From: Octopus sinensis
Lineage: Eukaryota
DNA length: 64,000 nt
Assembly: GCF_006345805.1 (NCBI RefSeq)
Contig: NC_043002.1
Span: forward strand, 55,304,001-55,368,000
Direction: 5' to 3'
Shown here piece after piece: positions 40,204-50,244 of this stretch. Position 1 is the stretch's first letter; each line of letters starts with the position of its first letter. Under the pieces are notes generated by a model, which did not search any database, was not told the DNA's origin, and saw only the letters and a list, made by a program, of their open reading frames with translations. The translations under genes and the position numbers were made by a program.

Positions 40204-41095
40204 CCCTGATGCAGTACCAGGCAGTGGCTCTCATGGCTTCTGATCTTAACTGATTGGAAGTGTTATCATGTACATTGTTTTGTCTTGGTATAAAAGATGG
40301 GATACAACAAATATTCTGCTCAATACCAGAGGTTTACTTGTCAGTTGTTTGACCTTAACCAGTTGACCATGTCCATTAGTGGCTGACGAAATGTGCATCT
40401 CTGATCACGAGCAGAAGTAGTGGGGGAGCATCATAGCCATATGTTGAGGGGGATTCTTTGGGGTTTGAATAATACACCCCTGGAAACATGGGTGTTTCGT
40501 TCAACATCCTTAAACAACCCTTATTCAGGGACTTTTTGAGCGGGATGGGTTACTCGACCAGAAGAAAATTCTGACTGGGCCCCACCTGCAAGGTCATACG
40601 TCTTGATATGAGATCACCATCTCGCATACATATGGTTATGATGCATGTGCCTAGTGTACCCTCATCAGACGGGTAGTCATGATTGGTATACTGGGTTCAT
40701 ATATTTTACCCCAGTGTCACATTGATGGCATGCACTGCTCTCTCACTCAATAATAATAATGATGATGATGATGATGATGATGATAAAATGCCCTGATGCG
40801 ATACCAGATATTGGCTGTCGTGACTTCTGACCTTAACTGATTGGAAGTGTTATCATGTACATTGCTTTGTCTTGGTGGATGGGTTACAGCAAATATTCTG
40901 CACAATACCACAGATTTGCTTGTCAGTTGTTTGACCATAACCAGCTGAACATGTTTCTTAGTGGCTGACGATATGTGTATCTCTGATCATGAGCAGAAGT
41001 AGTGGGGGAGCATTGAGAGGAATTCTTTGGGGTCTGGATAATTCAACTCTGGAAACATGGGTGTTTTGTTCATCAACCTTCATTTAGGGACATTT
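40200..41095 (+). repeat. Two tandem copies of an unclassified repeat bounded by (AAT)/(GAT) tracts
   Basis: ATGCCCTGATGC...CTTAACTGATTGGAAGTGTTATCATGTACATTG begins at about 40201 and again at about 40788. Confidence 0.7.
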
Positions 41096-41099
41096 TGAG

Positions 41100-41600
41100 A
41101 AAGAAATTACTAAAGACAGTGAAAAAGGAACAGGTGATCAAGTGTGGAACAGGAGAAAAGGACTAGAATGAAATTTAAAGAGAGCACGTTAGAAAGAATG
41201 AAGAGAAACCTCGGCATAATCAGGTAAATCCACTGAGGCTGGGTTTTAAAAAAGGGTAATTAAAAAAAAAGAAACATAAAGCCTAATTGTAGAAGCCCAG
41301 AATCAAGCGATAAAAACAAAAAACTTAAGCAGAAATGCATATGGGGAGAATGTGTCAGAAAAATGTAGAATCTGTGGAATTTGAAAGGAGCAGTGGCGCA
41401 CATTGTAACAGAATGTCCTAAGTTGGCACAAGAAGAATATGAGAAATGGCGGCATGACCAAGTTGTAAAAAATTTTACACTGGAAGCGTTGTTAGAAATG
41501 GGGATTTAAAGGTGGAAACACATGGTATGATAATCGGGTCGAAGGAGTGTTGGAGTCGGAGAAATGCAACATTCTTTGGGACTTTCCTAGTCAAACGGAT
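41100..41600 (+). mobile_element. Decayed R4/Dong-like fragment
   Basis: LIVEAQNQAIKTK, CRICG..AHIVTECPKLAQEEY..RHDQV, WDFP. Confidence 0.75.
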
Positions 41601-41659
41601 AAGAAGACAGATGGGAATGACTTCCCCCTCCCTCAAAATTTCTGGCTTTGTGCCTTTAG

Positions 41660-42065
41660 TAGAAAGGATTATTATTGTTATATGAAAACTCACAGCTTAT
41701 TTTGCTGGTCATGATGGAAAGTGTCAGCAGTCCACAGCCAGCAGACTAAGGTGACACTTGTTTACTAGTCATGCTTCAAGTACCCTGCAAAGAACTCTTG
41801 CAGTTCCAAGCAATGCTGTTTTTTTGTAGGCGTTCTACCTTCACACTTGCGCCGATCTTTTTCAGCCATGCTGGTACTTGAATCCAAATGCACCAATTAC
41901 TATTGGTATCCTGTCTACTCTCCTCCTTGACCACAACCTTCGTATTTCCCACTTCAAATCGTCATAGTTGTTTATTTTTCTTTCTCTCTCACTTTGATCC
42001 TGTTGCCACCGGAACATGCTATGTCGATTATCATGCACGTTCTTTCATTTTATTCACATGTATTG
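41660..42065 (-). mobile_element. R4/Dong-like 3' fragment between (AAT) tracts
   Basis: CMIIDIAC, YDDLKWEIRRLW, IPIVIGAFG, KTALLGTARVLCRVLEA*. Confidence 0.75.
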
Positions 42066-42139
42066 TTATTACTATTACTGTTATTACTGTTATTATTATT
42101 ATTATTATTATTATTGTTGTTGTTGTTGTTGTTGTTGTT

Positions 42140-42883
42140 GTTATTCAACTGCCGGAATCCGTTAACGGGAAAACAACCAAAATTAGGGGGCTAGTTGAGG
42201 GTATGAGTGATGATGGCCTAGGATTGAATATAGGCATCGACGAGAATAGTCTGAGTAGTCTCTTTCAGAGGACCTTCGGGTCGAAGATTATGGACAATTT
42301 CCAAAAGACTCTGGCTTGGCAGTGTTACAGAGGGGCGTTGCCCGTTCAAGACAAGCTCTTCAAGCATTGAAGTGCCAACAGCCGAACCTGCCCAAGGTAC
42401 TTGCAGGGGGACGAAACCGTCCTGCATTCAATAATTCAGTGTCCGTGCTTTAAAGAGTTGTGGAATTGTGTGGAGCAGCTGTTGTCACGAGGAATAAGAC
42501 GAATTTAGCTGCCAGCCAAGTGTATAGTGAAGATCGATGCACCCCAACCTTCTTTTAGCAGAGAAGGAGGGCAGATCTTTCTGTGCTTAGTGGTTGTGGC
42601 AAAAGAGGCTGTGTGGTGGACCCGTCTAAAAGGTTTGATGGCAGGCACATACCCATCTGGTCAAGGCCTCATCAATTTCTACAAATATCATGCGTTTATC
42701 CATAGGTGGTCAACGGTGACAAGACTGGTGAGACTGAATGGATCTACTCTGAATATGCTTTTCTAAGTCGGAAGAAAGTATCTGGAAGAGGGCGCTTTTC
42801 CATGCCTTGAGTTATCCGGGATTTTTGTGTGGGGTTTGCTCTGGATTACTGTAAGTGGACTGCCCCACTATTGGAGATTCTGT

Positions 42884-42934
<51 letters not shown>

Positions 42935-43110
42935 TTATTTCTCCCCTTCCTATTACATGTTCTCTATTATATCCTTCAATGTGGTAGTATATCTTGCTGA
43001 TCAATATTAACTCCACATGTTTTTGTAAGCTTTTGTATTTTTTGTGTGCTGTAACTCATCCTTCAATATCGTTCTCCGTGTCTTGGGCCCTTGTGGTCAA
43101 TAAAATAATT
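42140..43110 (+). mobile_element. Tx1/L1-like LINE 3' fragment
   Basis: KTLAWQCYRGALPV, TCPR..DETVLH..IQCP (zf-RVT-like), LCLVVVAKEAVWWTRLKG; UTR ends CCCTTGTGG..AATAAA. Confidence 0.75.
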
Positions 43111-43135
43111 TTTTTTATTATTGTTGTTGTTGTTG

Positions 43136-43204
<69 letters not shown>

Positions 43205-43810
43205 AACCTGTTGGCTACCATCCATTATTTAACAGATGAATGAATTGTAACGCTTAAGTCAATTAAAAATAAGAGCGATAAAAGACGAATCTATTTCCGG
43301 AAATTTATTTCACCTCCTCGTTGATTAAAATGAAGGAGAATTACAAAGAAACTGAACAACTTTCGTTTCTTTACGTCTATTGATTGAAAGATCTAAGAAA
43401 TTCTGATAGAAAAAAATAAAAGTTACAATTTCAAGTGAAGGAACATATTTCATAATAAACCTTTGGCACAAACCTCTATCATCTTTCCTATTTAACTTCC
43501 TAAAGTTATTTCTACGAGTTTCTTTGTAAACTAAACGGAACACTTTGATTCACTTTGATCCACTAAACAACCCCAGCTACATTGTCTCGATGTACGATTG
43601 TGAAACAAAGTCACACACACACACACATGCGCTCTCATCAACATTCGCACCCACACATCAACATTTGGCGACCTACTATATATGGCTATTCTTTGTAACT
43701 AAATCCTAGACATCAGAATTCCTGGTTTAAGGGTTGAAATTGTTCCGTGTTGAAATGCAACGAAATCCAGTGAGGTACAAATTTCTCTTTAAAACTTAAA
43801 AGCTAGCTGC

Positions 43811-43817
43811 TATAAAA
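43811..43817 (+). promoter_or_regulatory. TATA box of the secreted-protein gene
   Basis: TATAAAA about 30 nt before a pyrimidine-rich TTTCACTCATCA Inr-like stretch and about 190 nt upstream of the ATG. Confidence 0.6.
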
Positions 43818-43998
43818 AAGGAGCTGTTATGGCTTTCACTCATCACAAACACAAAAGTTTGCATTTGGTCACCATCTCGCCTTGCTAACTATCTTGAAGC
43901 TTCAAATTTACGCCGACTTTACAACAAAACAGCTATCTTTCACACTAAGTAGACATAGCCAACTTTACACTTCACTGACAAAAGCACAAATATCCACA

Positions 43999-44002
43999 AT
44001 GG
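43999..44002 (+). CDS. Coding part of exon 1 (ATG G), phase-1 donor
   Basis: ACAATGG|GTAAGA. The G joins TT of exon 2 to make GTT (Val). Confidence 0.75.
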
Positions 44003-44092
44003 GTAAGATCAGATTTTTCGCTTTCTGTACATTATTTTCTTCTCAGCAAGTAACAATGATTTTTCTTTCTGCTGTTTGTTTTTCTTTTTAGT

Positions 44093-44169
<77 letters not shown>

Positions 44170-45858
44170 ACATACACTTATACAGACACATATCGAAGTA
44201 AAAATAATCTTTGCATTATGCTTGTATCGTTCCAGTTTGCCGTTTCATCACCGTCGTATTGCTATGCAGTTATGCTTTACAAGTCCTTGGTTCACCAATT
44301 CCTTCTGAAACTAATTCTTCGTGGTCCTCAGATGCACTTTTCCATATTGTGCAAGAAACCTCTCATACTACAAAAATTGTAGTTGGAAACGTATTGCAGT
44401 ATTATGTAAGTAATAATTATATGTTAAAATAATAATAATAATTATGGAATGGCGGTTGAGGGACCAACGAAATACCTTGTGGTATTTTGATTTAATTCAT
44501 TTTCTAAGTTCAAATCTCACCAGATTTGACCTTTGTCATTAATCCTTTCTGGGCGATAAGTCAGTAAGTAGGGCTTTATCCTTCCGTGAACGATTGACCA
44601 GTCACTAGTAATATACTGGGGAACAATTTAATCGATTGTGTATGATCGATGGCAATATCGGAAATTACTATGCTGGATGATTCGATTGTTTGTCAGGAAT
44701 AGCAAAATACTGAACCAATTACCTCATCGTATTTTGTTAAGTTTTCAGGTTACGAGATCGAACGACACCAAAGTCAAAGGCATCATTTTTCATCCCTCTA
44801 CGACCATGTCCTGTCTTCTACAACTTTCTAATTTACCAATTGCTAAGACTTTTTCAAATCAATAATTATATCTTGATAAAAATTCTTATAAAAACAACTC
44901 CTAATTATTGAGAGATAAAATACATGAAACACCTCTAATCTATTTTTACCTTGTTTAGCTAATTATGATGTAATTATTATTATGCAATTAACTGAGGTTT
45001 TACCTGTTGTACGATAGATAACTTTGGAAGTATAGTTTTGCCACTAACTTGATAAAAACCTTACTTAATAACTATGATATGTCTGCCATATTTCTTCATA
45101 TCATCCATGGTATGGATGATATGAAGAAAGCTGGCAGAGACGTTAGCAAGCCGGGCAAAATGATTAGTGGTATTTCGTCTGTCTTTATGTTCTGAGTTCA
45201 AATTCCGCTGAGATCGACTTTGCCTTTCATCCTTTCGGGGTCTATAAAATAAATAGAATGTAATCGACTCGCTTCCCCCGCCCCACCCGCTCCCGAAATA
45301 GCTGGCCTTGTGCTAAAATTTGAAACCAATATAATCGTAGCAATTTTAGTGATAAATTCATTTGCAACACATTGCTATAAATTCTTAACTTTGCAAATAC
45401 CAGCGTGCTTTGAAGCGTATCTTCGGAATATATATTCACTACTATAAATATAATTTTCTACGAAAAACGCAGGGCCTGAAATTTTGCGGGATGGAGATAA
45501 TCGATTAATACAACTGGTGCTTATTTCATCGACCCCGAAAGGATGAAAGACAAAATCGATCTCAGGGGAATTTAAACTCAGAACGTAAAAACGGACGACA
45601 TACCGCTAAGCATTTCGCTCGACGTGCTAACGTTTCCGCCAGCTCGCCGTCTTCATTACGATAAATATTGACTATTTTAGAATCTTTTTTTCACTAACAG
45701 TCAACTACTTCGTCATTTATTCCCCTTCCTCTATGATTCTTTTTCATTTTATATGTGTATGTGACGTTCCTTTACTCATTGCCTTCCACCAAGCCTGATA
45801 TGTGCACTTAACTCTGCACCTGTTACGTTAATCCTGTCTGTCTGTCTATCTGTCTGTC

Positions 45859-45956
<98 letters not shown>

Positions 45957-46916
45957 TCTTTCTCCCTCTCTCTCCCTCTTCTTCTTCCATGCCATGTAAA
46001 GTGGAAATGGAGAAATCAACCAACCAACATTTATTCTGTTGCTATTATTATGTAATTAAATATTACATATTATATATTATGTATATTATATTTTCTAGTG
46101 TGACAACATGTGGTACTTTCCCGGTGTTGAATGTAAAGATTTTATCGAGCACCTAACCAATTTAACGAATAAAACTTTTCCCGAATTACACCTGAGAGAA
46201 GATTTGAATTTCACAAACTACGACGATTTCGAGGTATGTTTTTAATGAATATTTCAGTATTTTTACAACTAGCGATTGTTTCATTAGGTCGACGCCTCTA
46301 ACACTCAATATTTTCTTCATCATTGGGGTTGATTTGAAGAAGAAAAGAAGCGGTCATTTTCCCGCAACTCTATAACTCTGGTGGGTTTCATCTGGGATTG
46401 GAAAAGTCCCAATGATTCGGTGGCCTTAGAGTGGGAAACACCATAATGAAATTTTTGTTTTTTAAGTGGGTAACAAGCAAATCGAAAGACTAAGTTTTCG
46501 AAGGATCAACCAAGCTAATGATAACTTTTAACACAAAGAGGATAATCTGATTTAATTCTCTAATCCCGTCTCTTCACGGCAGAGTTAGGCCACCCATTTT
46601 AGGGTCTTGTGCTGTAGCAAAGCAAGAGTTTTGTGCGTCTGAGTATACCTCAGTGACAAGACAATGTTTATAGGAAACGGTAATAAATTGGGAGAACCGG
46701 TAATGGGCTGCAGTAAAAAACATTGCGCTATTCTGTGAATATAAATATGGATTTACATCATTTTGTCCAAGAATGGTGAGGGAGTGTCAGGGTTGCAACA
46801 TTAGCAGACTAAATGTTGGGGTAATATACTGTAATCAAATCAGTCGATTATAAACCAGGCTAAATATATATGGAGAAGTCAGCATGGTCACTAACGAGTT
46901 GTGATATAATAACCAC

Positions 46917-46968
<52 letters not shown>

Positions 46969-47711
46969 TGAATATATGTAAATTTGTGTGACTGCATACA
47001 AACATATATGTATATATTTATACACATACAAGTGTATAAGTATGTATGTGTATGTATGTGTGTGTGTTTTTATTTGTCAAACGTTGGAAAGAAAACGAAT
47101 TCTTGCTTATTTTCCGTTCCATTTACAAGAATGTATCCATTTAGATATACAAGTGTCTGTGACTTATGTATTCTTCAACGCTTCATGCCTTTTTATATAT
47201 ATATATTTTTTATATATTTTATATATCGAAACATGTCTTTATTTCACAATTTCAACTACAGCAGCAATTTCTCGTTATTTCTTCCTCAATCTAGATGGCT
47301 TTAGTAAACATGACCGCCGTAATTTCACAATACAACACCAGTATCGAAAGCCAACTAAACAGAGAACTCAGCTATCTTTGTGCTCCTGCAAAGGAACTCG
47401 GAGTTCCCTGCTATTATCCAAATGCTTGTTTTCAAGGAACTTTCAGTAATGATGCCACATTTTTCTGTCATTTGCGGAATGCCAATTCACTCTTGAAAGA
47501 TCTGAAGCTACTTTTAACGCAGATGGTAAGTATTTCAATGTTAATGGCGACTATATATTTTAACTATTTTGTATCCTTTTGTCTCTCTATTTATTTATCC
47601 GCTTATCTCTCTATAATCGGTCTATTCTATGTATCCATGTATATACATGTATGCATACATAAATACATATATATATATATATATGTATGTAAGTATGTAT
47701 GTATGTATGTA

Positions 47712-47750
<39 letters not shown>

Positions 47751-48034
47751 TCATGTTGGACCGCTGAACTTTACAGTTTTTCTCTCTCCATTTTCCCCCT
47801 TCTTCCTCTCTGTCGAAGAGCATAGGCTCGAAACGTAAAAGACTTTTCCATTTTCCCCGAGCGTTAAACTAATACACCTACTTGTTTTTCCTACACCTGT
47901 CTTCGTCCTTTGTTTTTCTATAAGGTTGAACAATATATATATTTAAATTGATGTAATGATTGCATTGTTCAATTAAATGGAGTTGCTTGAAACGATCGTA
48001 CTACATTACCTCTAGATATCGTTGTTGATTATTT

Positions 48035-48089
<55 letters not shown>

Positions 48090-48714
48090 CATACATACAT
48101 ACATACATACATACATACATACATACATACATACTATTTTCTTACTTGCCTACCTATCGATTTAACCCACCCACTCACCTACCCAGCAATTTCGAGGGAG
48201 GGTCTAAGCTGGTTATATTGACCCCAGGGCACAACTGGTACTTATTTTATCGTCCTCGAAAAAATATTAAAGATATTAACGAAGTAAACGGAAATGTTTT
48301 TGATGAAGCCATGATACGGGATTGGATTTCCCGGAACGCTCTTGCCACACACACACACACACACACATACACACATTACACGTCTTTTCATGTACTCTCT
48401 GTTTCTCCCTCTCTCTCACTCATGCACACACACACATACGCACACTTTTTTCTCTCTTTCCTTCTTCCTTCTCCCACCCCTCGCCAACCAATATATCTAA
48501 CTAAATACCCGATCTTTACATCCGGTTATACCAACTTTAACAAGTAAACCCAATTACTTTATCGTTCTTCTTCTTCTTCTTCTTCTCAAACTTTTTCTGA
48601 CGTTCGTCTCTTTTTATCTCCCGTTCATTAAACTCTATTGACCCCTTATTCTACCTCAAAACACTACAAGTGTGAATGTTCACTTCCTTCTGATCAATAC
48701 CATACCTTATGTGT

Positions 48715-48766
<52 letters not shown>

Positions 48767-49878
48767 GTACGTATATATATATATATATATATATAACGAA
48801 ACCGTTTCATTCAGACTCCTTTGTACTCAGAGTTTCAAGTGTGTGGCTAGTCTTCAGCCATTGTGGTCAGACCCCAATGGTCGAAGACTAGCCACACGTT
48901 TGAAACTCAGAGTAGCAAGGAGTCTGAATCAAACTGTTTTGCTCGATACATGTAACTCCCAATAAATCAATAAATATGTTGGGTGCCCTTCTTTCGTTTG
49001 TCCACAGACTGGTGTAAATTTGTTAAATATTTCTATACATTACACACACACGTGTGTGTATATACATGTATATATCTTTGTGTGTATGTGTGTGTGTTTA
49101 TATGCAATTATATACAATCCATAATATGTCGCCTGCATTAGATTTGAACATACAAACTAATAATCTAGTTATCTTTCAACAGTTAAATAAGATGGGATTT
49201 TATCTTGACCATTCTTTATCATTACGTTTCTCAAAGAAAGTCCGAGCTAATACCAGTTCCATTAACTTTAATCCAAGGAACGTTCTACAAACATCATCCG
49301 TTGTAAAAGATTTCTTTAATCCATTCCTAACACCTCTTGGATGGTTTCAGTTTCTTTAAGAGAATGACAAAATAGAAATTATTTCGGGATTTTGTTGCAG
49401 TGATAAGTGGGAGCAGAGTAAAACTGCTAAGAGTTTCATTGGCTTGTAATATTGAGTTCGAATCGGTAACAGGGAGACAGAAGACATTCTGCAGGACAGC
49501 TGGCTCTACATACATAGATGTAGACGGCGGCGACTCTTCATCAGTATCAATATGCCGTAATGATGATTGTTACAAAACACTTTCCTGTTAAATCGATCTT
49601 CAGAGTTGTTTCGATTGATCAAAATATTTATGGAGAAGCGATTTCAGATGACTTATTATAAACTTCAATCAAATTAATTAAATGATTCACATGTTTTTCT
49701 TTTTTTTTTACTATTTTAGGTAACAACTTACAGTTTTGAAAACACCACCGTTGACAACGATTTATTGGTCAAGTCAGATACCCCTTTGGTATGGAGCCGA
49801 TGGTTTTCAATGGTCACTCTCCATCATCTACAAAATCTACTTAATCAAGTGGATGACAAGCTTCGATTAGAATTTTAA
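43999..49878 (+). CDS. Spliced 5-exon gene for a 232-aa secreted protein; candidate long-chain four-helix (IL-6/G-CSF-like) cytokine
   Basis: Join 43999-44002, 44236-44405, 46099-46233, 47295-47525, 49720-49878 = 699 nt, open frame, all GT-AG introns. Protein: [232 protein letters not shown]. Signal-peptide-like N-terminus, 6 Cys in the mature part, 7 N-X-S/T sequons. The confidence value is for the gene model; the family call is less certain (about 0.6). Confidence 0.85.
44236..44405 (+). CDS. Exon 2: signal peptide and predicted helix A
   Basis: Acceptor TTCCAG|, donor |GTAAGT. Encodes hydrophobic [18 protein letters not shown] followed by SPIP. Confidence 0.85.
46099..46233 (+). CDS. Exon 3 (45 codons): predicted A-B loop
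   Basis: Acceptor TTTTCTAG|, donor |GTATGT, 135 nt open in phase 0. Confidence 0.85.
47295..47525 (+). CDS. Exon 4 (77 codons): predicted helix B, Cys-rich insert and helix C
   Basis: Acceptor CTTCCTCAATCTAG|, donor |GTAAGT, 231 nt open in phase 0. Matches the start of track ORF 47295..47825. Confidence 0.85.
47812..47848 (+). ncRNA. Variant hammerhead-like motif in intron 4, within a short repeat at about 47750-47935
   Basis: CTGTCGA AGAGC-ATAG-GCTC GAAAC GTA: A6 replaced by U and stem I is poor. Confidence 0.45.
48795..48943. repeat. About 150-bp hairpin (MITE-like) in intron 4
   Basis: TTCAGACTCC..CTCAGAGTTTCAAGTGTGTGGCTAGTCTTC / GAAGACTAGCCACACGTTTGAAACTCAGAG..GGAGTCTGAA. Confidence 0.8.
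49720..49878 (+). CDS. Exon 5 coding part (52 aa + TAA): predicted C-D loop and helix D
   Basis: Long poly-T tract then TTTTAG|, open in phase 0 to TAA at 49876-49878, amphipathic C-terminal helix. Confidence 0.85.
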   Translation, partial: VTTYSFENTTVDNDLLVKSDTPLVWSRWFSMVTLHHLQNLLNQVDDKLRLEF

Positions 49879-50238
49879 TCAAATATTTCAGATGTGTGAG
49901 CGCGCGCGTGTGTATGCGCATGTGTGTATTGTTTGAAAATTATGTATTTATCATTTTAAATTAATATTTATATATAACTTATAGCGAGCACCGTAAAAGA
50001 GGGAAGAAATGGCCAATCATTTCCGCGATACGGAATTAATAGTCTATACTCTGTCACTTCACCTACGCTGCTAATACCCCTGGGAAAGGTATGAACGCTA
50101 CCGTTTCCACATCAGATTTCTTCTGAAAACATATAGGGCATATGTTTGTCATTGAACGTCGAGAAAAAAGATCAATATTTATATAAACTACATTATGAAT
50201 GAAAAGATATATTTTTGTAAATCAATTTTTTAAATAAT

Positions 50239-50244
50239 AATAAA
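50239..50244 (+). terminator. Likely polyadenylation signal
   Basis: AATAAA 360 nt after the stop codon, followed by a GT-rich TTGTTTGTTTGTTT downstream element. Confidence 0.5.

Noticed and set aside
41100-42065. Apparent inversion or twin-priming of a single R4-like element
   Set aside because: The geometry does not fit twin priming, and the minus fragment has its own (AAT) flanks; two independent insertions are simpler.
46988-47449. 153-aa ORF overlapping exon 4 in another frame ([11 protein letters not shown]...)
   Set aside because: It starts in TATG repeats and stops inside the exon. Only the MALVNM frame is continuous with the phase-0 flanking exons.
49327-49591. Short ORFs in intron 4 as possible extra exons
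   Set aside because: No convincing splice pair that keeps the frame, and the 5-exon model is complete without them.
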